NCBI RefSeq assembly: GCF_021869535.1
Contig: NW_026262648.1
Coordinates: 2,666,001-2,730,000 of the forward strand
Direction: 5' to 3'
Length of the DNA stretch: 64,000 nt
Source of the DNA: Mytilus californianus
Taxonomy: Eukaryota
Shown here: positions 40,396-51,900 of the stretch, piece after piece
How positions within the stretch are numbered: the stretch's first letter is position 1
Layout: each line of letters begins with the position of its first letter
The notes under the pieces: generated by a model
What the model was told of the DNA's origin: nothing
The model's database searches: none
The model's input: only the letters and a program-made list of their open reading frames with translations
Program-made: the position numbers and the translations under genes

Positions 40396-42376
40396 CTACA
40401 AACAGAATACAATAAAAAGTATAATCTATAAAGCTAAGATCACACTGAACTTTAGATTACGAACCTACGAAATCTTGAAAGGCAGCTTAATATATTGATC
40501 TTTTCCTCAATATTGACACATATTAACTTCTTTAAACTATAATATATATGACAAACGTGATGATTTCAACTTTCCATTGTCAAATTCCCATTTCTCAGCA
40601 ATAAATACCCTCCACTCCACCGTTTTAAATTTCAATAAGCGTAATCTATATATAACTGGCTAATTATTAAGTCCGGGATTTCGTTAACACAAATTACTTA
40701 AAACCGTTACTAAATTATTCCATAGATACAAAGATTTGGTGCGCAAGTTTGGCTGTACCTGTTGAAAACTTATTTGAAACGAAAAAGCACATTATAATTA
40801 TTACGGGAGTGTTGTTTACTTAGCCCGGAAATTTAGATACGATCCGGGTAAACTTTTCAATCCTTTGAATAAACTTATTCTAAAAGGTTACCAATTCAAC
40901 ACTGTAATAAGATCTTTGAATATTGTTTTTATTGGTATAAATATTGATTTTGCTAAGTTATCAGTAAATTAAAGGGGCATTAGCTGTCAAATTCATTTTC
41001 ACTGATTTGACTCAAATTCTCCTTTTTGATTTAAAACATACTAAAACGTACATCCAAATTATAAAAAATCTGAAATAAACAATTTACGATGCATGGATTC
41101 GATAATATGTATCATCATTTCGTGTGTATTTTAATATAGAGACGCTATCTAATTGAGGTTATATGACCTCCGAAGACTGCCGACGGTCATATAACCCGAT
41201 ATAAACATAAACATAAATATAGATATAAATAAATAAATAGCGAACACGTGCAATTGGATTTTTCTATGTCTATTTGATTTCATATCATGGGTTAAAAAAT
41301 ACGTTAATCGTCGTTTTTACCTGTATAAGAAGGAGTTTTTGTGGATCGAATCTGTCAACCAAATGGTTTACCCATGCTTCACTTTCATATTGACATTCTT
41401 TTCCTTTTAATAGCTGAACACGTCTAGTTTATGCGTAACTCATATCTAGCTAAAGTGTTAAATTTGATGTCACATGAATACGTCTAATCTTTAATTTTAC
41501 CGTTGTGTCCTATTACAAATTGTGACAAATTGAATGAGCGTGGAATCGCATGGCGGGTGATGCCTGCAACTGCCTTGATTTTCGATCGAGTAAATTGAAA
41601 TTGGAATTGTTTGCAGAAGAAAACCTTTCATATATCGTTCCCGCAAAGTATCGTTCAAATTGGCCAGATAGCGTCATAGGAAATTGTGAAAAAATGGGTT
41701 TCAATAGGAACTATACGCAACCAATGCCACCATTAAGATCAGTGAATGGATGCAGAGAGTGTAATATGTCTTTATAAATACCTTAATGTTATACTTTTAT
41801 ATTTTCATTGCATACCTACCATCTTTTCAAAGTCTCCATAGGGGATTTTAATTGCAAGAGGTCCTAATGCCCCTCTTATATTGTCATAAATGTTCTTAAT
41901 CTACAATTATATTGTTTGAATGAGTATGTATGTGCTTAAAAAACCTTTTAACTCATTCGAATGCCTGTTTTGAGGTCTTCAGTTTATAAAATTAAGAATT
42001 TCAAATTCAGGTCAACACCTCTCATGGGGATATCCCTCATAAATCGGTAAAGTTGACAGGTCTGTCATTGCAATGGTTTAAATTCTTATATTTGATACCA
42101 ATATTTCTACAAATTTTCCATTAGGTGAAATAATGCAAGTAAAATGTGGGTTAACTTTAAACTTTCAATTTCCTATTGAAAATTGCAAGATTTTATATAC
42201 AAAATAAAAAGGAATAATAACTGATCATTCCGGGGCCTTAACATAGTCTCTAATTATCGTTTATTAGCTGAATGTTGACAATACTAGGTCATGTAACGAA
42301 TGTCATCATATTACTCTGTTGTGTCCCCGATGTCACGTACAGTTGTTTCGGCTTAATCTAAAACTGAAATACTCAC

Positions 42377-42487
42377 AGTTACAAGTTGATCCATACCATC
42401 CAGATGAACAATCGCAGCTGTAACTCGATCCGCCAGTAGATGTACAAATACCGCCATTGAGACATGGATTTGGTGAGCATGCGTGTG
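42377..42487 (-). CDS. Gene 2 exon 5: EGF (HACSPNPCLNGGICTSTGGSSYSCDCSSGWYGSTCN)
   Basis: ttgtag acceptor, gtgagt donor, 111 nt, phase 1-1. Confidence 0.88.
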
Positions 42488-43598
42488 CTACAACCGAATA
42501 CATTAAATATATAAGAAGATATAAGTACTGTTGTTACATGTAAAACATAAGCAACTATTTGATTATTGTCATTTTAATCAAATAATATACAACAAATGTC
42601 AATTGCATTAGATAATGTGTCATCAACGAGTAAACATATAGGGATAAAAAATATCTCAACAAATATTGAAGAAAAAGTTAAATATGGTATCATTGTTTAA
42701 TGAAGAGAGTATGCTAGTCCGACAAAACATAAGTACACATGATTTTGTCTACTTTGACTTGCTCATTAGAAATTATAGCATAGAATGACGAAATTATGAA
42801 AATCACTCGAAAAATTGGATTGTAGTGGTATTTTGTTGTTCACAATTGGCCATAAATGCGTATGTTAATTTTTTTCTGAGAGCATCTAAATCAACATTGC
42901 CAATATCCATTTATTCATTTTGAATTGTGGTCGTATATCATTTAGTTATATCGATGTACACTGATTAGAATTGTTAGATAGGTATCTATAGACGTGTCAA
43001 TATAGTGTAAAATTCAAGACGGTGGGTCTTTGAGATGCCTCACCCTTGAGTAAATGCATTAACAAGATATGATGAGGACAGTGTTATCAATGTTACCGCT
43101 GTGCATGTTCATGAGTGGAAATAGATGTCGTAAACTTAAGCTCTTAAAACTAAGGTCATACATGTGTGTAACACATCACTACATTTTTAAACTTTATGAA
43201 AGCCTCCACTTTAAAAAATTCTGCACCCTCTCTGTTCCTGTTAAGCGTAAACATTATTAATGGATTGTTCACAAGAATGACAACACTGGTTTTATACGTA
43301 TAATTCATATATATACGTCAGTTAATACATTGTAACTATAATGTACAGCATCCAAGTTACTTAAAATATACAAACGTACCATCTGTACTGTGCATCTCCG
43401 CAGTCGAAGTCTTATTCATAGATTTATAGTGAGCCATAGCAATGTTAAGACGTACATTATCTAAAATTTTAGTTTCTATTTTGTAGACAGATATTATTGA
43501 GCTGTCAATAAATATATCAAGCATTTGATTTGGTTGCTCAGAAATGGGAACGCTCTATGCAGCACATACTTTTACGTATAACGTTTGTGTTAACTTAC

Positions 43599-43706
43599 AC
43601 TGGCATTGTGTACCGTAATATTCGTGTGTGCATGTACAAGAATACGTTGTTCCAGAGAAACTGCATGTTCCTGAATTTAAACATGGATCCGACGAACATG
43701 GTGTTG
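43599..43706 (-). CDS. Gene 2 exon 4: EGF (TPCSSDPCLNSGTCSFSGTTYSCTCTHEYYGTQCQ)
   Basis: tttcag acceptor, gtaagt donor, 108 nt, phase 1-1. Confidence 0.92.
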
Positions 43707-43964
43707 CTGAAATATATAAGTATATCATATTCTCGTACAACAAGGAGTTATTTTAAACTCCTTTTCGCTTAGATATGATATTTAAAGGAGATTTCAAGGA
43801 AATTATGGTTACATAAAAACTAAATAAGTATTTACATATAACAACTGTTTTTGGAAATGCGTGTAGTAAAGATATAATTATTTTTTGAAGTTTATTTTTT
43901 GCTTTAACATTTTTAAATGTTATCAAACGAAAAACAAGACACAAATAAAAGAATGTTATAGTAC

Positions 43965-44072
43965 TTTCACAGTAAGTTCCAGATGTTCCAACTGTACACT
44001 GACACACAAAAGAAGAAAGTCCGTTTTTACACGTGCCACCATGTTGGCACACAATTCCTGTGCAAGGTTGTA
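43965..44072 (-). CDS. Gene 2 exon 3: EGF (QPCTGIVCQHGGTCKNGLSSFVCQCTVGTSGTYCE)
   Basis: ctttacag acceptor, 6-Cys EGF spacing, 108 nt, phase 1-1; the donor gtacta is weak. Confidence 0.85.
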
Positions 44073-44099
44073 CTGTAAAGAAAGAAGTAAATGCTTACA

Positions 44100-44195
44100 G
44101 ATATGATATTTCCACTAACAGTTCATGATGTTCAATCTTTACACTGGCAATACAGATTTTGTACGCGCTATCCTGTTGGCACACTGTATACCTGT
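44100..44195 (-). pseudogene. Decayed tandem copy of gene 2 exon 3
   Basis: Manual alignment: CACAGG..GTGTGCCAACA..AAAA..CAGTGT..GAACATC..GAACT..GAAA shared with 43965-44072, with indels and lost splice signals. Confidence 0.6.
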
Positions 44196-44237
44196 GTATA
44201 GAATAAACAATTGAAAACAACACTTTCTAAATTTCAT

Positions 44238-44279
44238 GTGTCCGAAGCGCTTTTCTGGATTTACCTTAATCAGGAACGC
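44238..44279 (-). ncRNA. Atypical hammerhead-like motif, third family, core mutated
   Basis: GCGTTC-CTGATTA-AGGTAAATCCA-GAA-AAGCGCTT-C-GGACAC; more decayed copy at about 14910-14955. Confidence 0.5.
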
Positions 44280-45616
44280 TCAAAGCCGAATATTTGAAAG
44301 CCAAGGATGTATAAGAACCGAAACAGTTGAAGAGCTAAAGCTACAGACAATAGTAACAACAGAAAGTTCCCCTTCGTCAAACGTGTCAAAGTCATTTAAT
44401 TATTGGTTGTAAAATACCACCATTATTGCCCAGAGTGAGGGGGAATAATATTTATATACATTCCGAGTCAAAGAGAGGAATTTGAATAACGATAAACAGA
44501 ATACAAAATCTCATTTGTTAGTGTAACACATTATCGCCGCCTCAAAAACTAAAACGGCAAGGGCCATGTAGATACTAAATGTTGTGTAAAATGGAATGAA
44601 TAGTTGGTGAGTATGTCGTTTTACAAATCTGAGTATTGAACAATCATTTGACTTCTGGGACGGGTTGGTTTGGGTCATCGATACAACATAGTATCATTAT
44701 TCATTAACCATTAAGCAGGAGCAGATAATGAGAAATAGATAACACACTATGATATAATTATACTATCTAGGAAAGCAAATAAAGAAACAGAATGTTACAC
44801 ACGTTTTGGTTTTTTTTTTTTTTTTTTTTTTGCTATTCTTATTGTTAATATGTAGAAATGTAGTTTTATATGATGACATTGTTTTATTTCATTGCGATTT
44901 AATTATTATTAGTTCCAAGTGATTAGAAATTGTAAGAACTTGAAGAAAACGAACAATGCGAAAAAATACTGTTGACTAATTAATCCAGAAGTCGACACTT
45001 CTGTGTTGACATGAATTATCATTGATATGGTCATATTTATAAAATAACTGATTACAAAACTTCAAAAAAGTAAGGATTTTTTAGCTCAGGTATAGATTAC
45101 CTTATCTGATTTTGGCAAAACCTTTCAGATTTTTTTTACTTTTCATGCTCTTCAACTTCGTACTTTATTTGGCCTTTTTCTGTTTTTATTCGAACGTCAC
45201 TGATAAGCCTTTGTAGACGAAACGCGAATCAGGTGTACAAAGTTATACGCCTGTTATCTTTGATGCGTTTTGTTTTAGGTAAGCGGAGCTAATGATTCTA
45301 TAATATTTGGTTGCTTTCAAATGACCAGGGTTGCTTTTATACGGCATTGGTTGTTTTCATACGAAAGGAAAGCAGATGAAGCAATTAAATGACTCTTCTT
45401 TAGGTCAATATATCATCATTTGTATGAATTGAACAACTACACTAAATATTGCGCAAATCATATTTGATACTACTACTATGGGGTGTTTAACGACCTTGAC
45501 TACCCATGAGGATCGGTATTTGAATGCGAAGTGGTTTAACAGCATTCTAAATTTGATCTTCGGATTTATAAAAAAAAAGATACAAACGGAACTTCTGTTT
45601 GTAAACATTTACTCAC

Positions 45617-45704
45617 GTAAAGACTGACAATAGAATCCACCACTAACTGATAGCATACAGTTAGACTCCTCTGTACACGGGTTAGGATTGCATGGATTAA
45701 TATC
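45617..45704 (-). CDS. Gene 2 exon 2: 4-Cys EGF-like module DINPCNPNPCTEESNCMLSVSGGFYCQSL
   Basis: atatag acceptor, C|gtgagt donor, 88 nt, phase 0-1, which bridges exon 1 to the EGF exons. Confidence 0.85.
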
Positions 45705-46531
45705 CTATATTAAGAAAAACAAACACGTTTTACTATATCACTTTCAATAATGTTTCACTCACCTTATTTCAGGTTTAGCTCATTGAATTGATGAGTCAAA
45801 CACTAGATGATCATTTTAACAATATCTGTCAGCAATATCAATTCAATATTAAGACAATGACAGGTTTCATCTTTTGTAATAAAGTATTAGAATATATTTA
45901 AGGAATGACTGTAATATTTTTTTCTGTCTATGAAGAAATAGCATCAAAAATGTGGTGTGGGTTATTCAAAAGTGTGCACCACATTTTTAAGGTTTTTTCG
46001 AATAGACAGAAAAAAATATTACAGTCATTCCTTATAAATTAATTCTAAATTCTATTTTTAAGGAGTGTTTCATGAAAAAACGTTGGTGACGTCACGATTT
46101 CGTGACAAAATTACGTATATGAGCTGATAGACTAAAAACTGTCAGTCAATCAGAACATGTGTTTCATCCAAAATTAAATTATGTACAAATGAAGTAAAGT
46201 TCTTATGACCGATAAAAATTGTAGGATTTCATGTTTTTGAATTTTTATGATCTATGTTAACACTGGGTCGATGCCTCTGCTGGTGGATAGTCCCCGAGGG
46301 CATCACCAGCCCAGTATCCAGTACTTTGGTACTGGCATGGAAATAAGGATTTTATGTTATTAAAATTTGCTGTTACAAAATTTTGGAAATTATTTAAAAT
46401 AAAGGAATTTATCTCCCTCATGCAAAGCTCTGATTCCTTTCCCGGCTTTGGCTATACTTTTTGGTCCTTTTCTTGTTTATAGCTCTTCATATTTTTAATA
46501 AGCTTTGGATTTTCAAACATTTTGGCCTCGA

Positions 46532-46575
46532 GCATCACTGAAGAGACATTGATTGTCGAAATGCGCATCTGGTGC
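46532..46575 (+). ncRNA. Solo type I minimal hammerhead ribozyme, intact, near the 3' end of a dispersed repeat (about 46205-46600)
   Basis: GCATCA-CTGAAGA-GACATTGATTGTC-GAA-ATGCGCAT-C-TGGTGC. Confidence 0.85.
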
Positions 46576-48331
46576 AGAAAAATTGGTACTGTTTATGTTA
46601 TTAATAAATATGAGCTAAAAGTTGGTTCATGGTGAGTAATATACGAAGAGTGTCGCCTGTGTCTTTCGTGTAGTGTACGGAAGTTCTACATCACTTGAAA
46701 TTACATCTAAAGTATAGTAGGAACCATCGAGAAACACTTTCATTATGTTATAAATATCGATTAACGTTAATCAAACAAAAATTAATCCTTCATATACAAC
46801 TAGAGATTTCAATCTAGGGTTTTCATCAAGTTATTGGAACTTTTATACAATTACAATTAGGCCAACACTTTATTTCGTAGTCTTTTTCACTTGATAAAAA
46901 AATAAAATTGCACATGACATTTGTTTCAAAACCTGAAGTTATAAAAACAAATATGAGTCGTATGGGGATTAATTAAACCATTCGTCTTGCAAAAACGTTA
47001 GAATTATAGAATTCAAAATCTATAAAAGCATTATTGTCAGTGAATGTAATGTTACAAATATGAACGTCACAAGATAGTTAACAATTGACATGATTATATG
47101 AACTTATGATCTCTGCTGTTTATCTCCCTAGATGATTAGTTAACCAATTCAAACGTAAAAACCAAAGGCATTATTTATAATAAAATAATAAACGAAAAGC
47201 AAATATGACGAACAGCAACTAACGACATCCTGGAATAATAAGCTCCTGGCTTAGGATAGGCACATAAAAACGTGGCCGGATAAAACATTATTGTGAGTGC
47301 TCAAATCCTTTACATTGCACATTGATGTAAAAGCACAACATAAGAATTCAAAAGCTGTCAAAATCAGTTGAAAATTGATTGACTCCATATAACGACACGC
47401 AGCACCAAAACAAATAACATAAAGGCAAAAAACACCAAACACCGATTTAAGAGTACTCTAAGTTACTGTAAGCTAGTTCAAAGCCAATAACATCAAATAA
47501 ATAAAGCATGTTCTCCGTATCAATATTCCACCAGCACTTGCGTATAGAGTTTATACCTCTCAATTAATCATTATACGGGAGCAGTTACAGAGTCTTTTTG
47601 GACAGGACCGAATTGTGGGTTTATTATCTCGCAATTAATGTCATCCCGTCGTAGGTTCTATGGTCGTCATCAAGAACTGATTAACTGTTAAGTTGTCTTT
47701 GTCCCGAAAGACATCATACCTTGTTTTTTTGCTGTTGGTACATTTCCCCAGTTCCCAAACATGATCTTCACGAGAAAGACGTCGAGATGGAACTTCTTAC
47801 CCTGTCGGATCACTTGTGTTGATCCGTGTTTTCACATATAGCTTTTGTTATTCTAAGAAAAATGGCCCTTGTTTTCTTGTCCCTGGATTTGTATTTGATT
47901 CTTTATTTTCAATTTTGTTGATCTGCGCTTCGGTTTTCGACTCAAATGCAGTTTTACTATGCGTCACTATGGTCTTTTTTATTTCACATTTGACCAAACA
48001 TACGGGTTTGTTATCTCACAATTATTGTCATCCCTTCGTAGGTTCTATGGTCGTCATCAAGAACTGATTGATCGTTAAGTTGTCTTTGTCCAGAATGACA
48101 TCAGACCTTGTCCCTTTGTTGTTGATACATTTTCCCCGTTCCCAAACATGATCTTCAGGGGGAAGACATCGAGTGTCTTGCAGGAAGATGGAACTTCTTA
48201 ACCTGTCGGAGTACTTGCGTTGATCCGTGTTTTCTTCTTAATTTTCTCTTTTGTTAATCTACGCTTCGGTTTTCGACTCTAATGTATTTTTTTTTAAAAG
48301 TGCCTCCCTGAGTCTTTCTCATTTCACCTCT

Positions 48332-48426
48332 GACCAAACAAAGCGGGAGGTTTTGGATCCAATTAAATAAGTAATAACCCCGCCGCATATCTTATGTGCC
48401 TGTCCGAAGCCCGGAATTTGTTGGTC
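48332..48426 (+). ncRNA. Putative type-P5 twister ribozyme, third family
   Basis: GACCAAACAAA...GGGAGG...UAACCCCGCC...GCCUGUCCGAAGCCCGG...UUUGUUGGUC; a different P5 sequence that still pairs. Confidence 0.55.
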
Positions 48427-49299
48427 AATGGTACGTTCTTTTCTCGGTAGAATGTTTAGTTTCCAATATTATGATGTGGCCTTTGATTTGATTTGTTTTA
48501 CTTTTTTTCGTATTTGTTTATAGTTCCCTGACAGCATTGAAGGTCACGCGGGTACTCTGAATGTCTGTTTTATATGTTGTATTGTCTGATTTTATCTGAA
48601 TTTGTGCCTCGTCTAAAATATCCGTTCTTTTCCTCATTATTGTCAAAGATCATTTTGTGCTATCGGAACGAAAAAAATATATATCCAAAATATAAAATAG
48701 GAGATGCGAAACATGTAATTGTTCTGTAAAGTGTGTCACTGAATATAAAAGTAAGTTGAACATCCAATTGGTGAATCAAAACACTATGAAGTATAGAGCC
48801 CATTATGGACTCATCAGAGGCCAAAAATAGCAGATTCAAACTCATAAGTCGAAAATAAACTGACAACGCCATGGCTAAAAGAGAAAAATACCAACAGACA
48901 AACAATAGTACACAAAACACAACATAGAAAACTAAAGACTGAGCAACACGAACCCAACCAAAAACTGGGGTGATCTCGGGTGCTCCGGAAGGGTACGCAG
49001 ATCCTGCTCTACATGTGGAACCCGTCGTGTTGCTCATGTGAGTACAAATTCGGTAATAAGTCTAATTCGGTAGGTAATTCTAATTAAACTTTACCTTTCA
49101 ATTAAATAGTCGTTTAAAAAATCTGACATATACTCATTTAAAGCCTTCTTTTCAAATGAAAAGGGTAAACATGCTTGATATACTTATTGGAGGTTGTCAT
49201 TTCCTAAATTTAGATATTTCAGTTTTACACGGGAACTTGTGTAAAAATATTTACGACAAAAAGGACGTTTTTTCGTTCCCTTTTGTTATTTTTTTCTTC

Positions 49300-50395
49300 T
49301 GTGGGCGTTAATGTTCCTTTCACACCTTCTTACGGTGTTTATATATCCAAACTCATTCGCTATGCCCGTTTCTGTAAAGACGTTTTCGTTTTTAGTGAAC
49401 GCAATTAATGTATAACTGTTAAATTATTGGGTAAAGGATTTCTTTACCACAAATTACTTAAAATTTTTACTTAATTCCTCATAGATACAAAGATTTGGTT
49501 TGGAAGTTGGCTGTACCTGTAGAAAATTATTACAAACGGAATAGCAAATCCTAATTTTTACGGTGATGTGTTTACCGAGCCCGTAAATTTAGATACGATC
49601 CGTTTAAACTTATCGATCCTTTGAATAAACTTGTTCTAAAAGGTTACCAATCAACACTGTAGTGAATATTGTTTTTATGGGTATAAATATTGATTTTGTT
49701 ATCAATTAATTAAAACTCAACTAAATATTATTGTTATACACATATGTACCTTTACAGTCTTACAATATGTCGATACCTATATGTTTGCATTGCTCAAGGT
49801 TATGATTTCTCAGACTGTTAATGACGTATATACACTTAATCCATTGGATGTATTCTGATTGATATTTTAGTCTTAATGCATAATTTTTAAATTAGTTGTT
49901 TTTGTCTTTGAACTAGCTTTCAGTAACTGCGAGTAATCTCAGATCTGTAATGTGTGTCTTTTGTGTATTAGTTTTGTGTCGATGTGAAGAGTTAAGCCTT
50001 TTTAATCTGATTTTTATAGTTTGTTCTTATGTTGTACTGTTACACCACTGTTCAAGATTAGGGGGAGGGTTTGCCGCCTGTAAGCATTTTTAACCCCGAC
50101 ACATTCTGTATGTGCCTGTCGTAAGTCAGTAGTTTTGAATTTAGTCGTTGTTTGTTGCTGTTTATCATATTTGTTTTTCGTTTATTATATTGTACATAAA
50201 TCAGGCCGTAAGTTTTCTCGTTTGATCTGTTTAATCTCTGTCATTTCGGGGCCTTTTACAGCTTATTACGTGGTTTAGGTATTGCTCATTGTTGAAGGCC
50301 CTACGGTTACCTATTGTTAACTTCTACGTCATTTGGTCTCTGGTGGAGAGCTGTGTCATTAGCAATCATACCACATCGTCTTATTTTTACACTGA
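49300..50395 (+). mobile_element. Penelope-like 3' fragment: RT C-terminus continuing into a twister-bearing 3' region
   Basis: PSYGVYIS.LIRYARFC...HRYKDLV..GCTC, then the common repeat with a decayed twister at about 50044-50150. Same layout at about 15480-16432; ORF part alone at about 40540-40960. Confidence 0.7.
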
Positions 50396-50422
50396 ACATA
50401 AATAAAACACTCAGAAACTTAC

Positions 50423-50701
50423 CATAGACCAGCTCGTAATATCTGAGCTATAGAAGTTACCGGCTCTTGTCATACTAGTTCCGCCGGCCTTCAGAAGCTC
50501 ACAAACAAGAGTTTCGGGGTTAAAGTTGATACTAACACAAGATTCCTGTTTTTTGCAGTAACGTCCACACATTTTTAGACCTGTTTTGTCATAAATAATT
50601 ATAACGTAGGCATCTCTGTATGTATTACTTGTTAACGAGCCTACTTCTATGTTTGCTGTACAAATAGAAATTAAAATTATTAAAAAAATAGTCCTAATCA
50701 T
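50423..50701 (-). CDS. Gene 2 (secreted PAN-EGF-SMB protein) exon 1: signal peptide plus PAN/apple-like domain
   Basis: MIRTIFLIILISICTA leader; C-x3-C-x5-C-x-S-x-N-F...C-E-L PAN pattern; ATG|gtaagt donor, phase 0. Confidence 0.9.
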
Positions 50702-51414
50702 CTTAAGTTTGTGTATCCCGTTTACAGAACAAAAAAATGTTATATTTGATCTGCTCTACAGAAATAAAAGTAGTTATGGCAATCATGTATTAAGTGTTAA
50801 TTGACGCAAATTGAAAGAGAATTGGGTTCGAAGTCATTTGCGTTGATTCGAAGTAATGGAACTTGCATTTTAAAAGGAAATATACATTAGTTATCCTACA
50901 ATAAATAATTATTAGCCTTTACATTCTACTATTTCTAAAGAAACTCATAAGTGGTAAATTAAATATTAAAAATTAATATGGTTCAAATAAACCAATAAGG
51001 GAAAATAATTACTACCAATTTACTTTCCTAATGGATTTTTCGATTCGATGACTTGAACTTGTTTTTATATGCACGTAAAAAATAGATAAATTATAGCTTA
51101 TAGTTATTTGAAACAGATACATGCACAGCATCTGAATTTAAGTAAAAAACAACAAAATTGGGTTTTCCAGATATTTCCATCAATTGTTCAAATCAACAGC
51201 TTTTGTTGGTATTTTCTATCTTAAGTTTGGGGTTAAAATGAAACGTCTATTCCAAGCACTACCATTGAATGTGTTAAATTGCTAGTAATGAAATATAACC
51301 ATTTGATTTACTTATCATGAAGTTAATACTGTTTAAATGTTTCAAATAAATGGAAAACTGTATAAATGATATTTTGTCGAAAACGGATTATAGCTGTATT
51401 CTATATTCTATATA

Positions 51415-51900
51415 TAATAAAATTGAGAATGGAAATGGGGAATGTGGCAAAGAGACAACAACCCGACCATAGAACAGACAACAGCAGAAGGTCACCAACA
51501 GGTCTTCAATGCAGCGAGAAATTCCCGCACCCGGAGGCGTCCTTCAGCTGGCCCCTAAACAAATATATATACTAGTTCAGTGATAATGAACGCCATACTA
51601 AACTCCAAATTGTACACAAGAAACTAAAATTAAAAATAATACAAGACTGACAAAGGCTAGAGGCTCCTGACTTGGGACAGGCGCAAAAATGCGGCGGGGT
51701 TAAACATGTTTATGAGATCTCAACCCTCCCCCTATACCTCTAGCCAATGTAGAAAAGTAAACGCATAACAATACGCACATTAAAATTCAGTTCAAGAGAA
51801 GTCCGAGTCTGATGTCAGAAGATGTAACCAAAGAAAATAAACAAAATGACAATAATACATAAATAACAACAGACTACTAGCAGTTAACTGACATAAACTT
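51415..51900 (-). mobile_element. Related repeat family 2 carrying the intact twister motif
   Basis: End (catttccattctcaattttatt-like) differs from family 1, but the ribozyme core is shared; very few apparent lesions. Confidence 0.7.
51655..51745 (-). ncRNA. Putative type-P5 twister ribozyme, apparently intact
   Basis: GGCUAGAGG-UAUA-GGGG-GAGGG...UU-UAA-CCCC-GCC-GCA/UGC-G-CCUG-UCCCAAGU-CAGG-AG-CCUCUAGCC; P2, P3, P4, P5 and the CCC/GGG pseudoknot can all form; predicted cut between 51702 and 51701. Confidence 0.75.

Noticed and set aside
46263-46318. GC-rich nested hairpin (CTGGG..GATGCC..GGCATC..CCCAG), considered as an HDV-like or other ribozyme
   Set aside because: I could not build the required double pseudoknot by hand; left unassigned.
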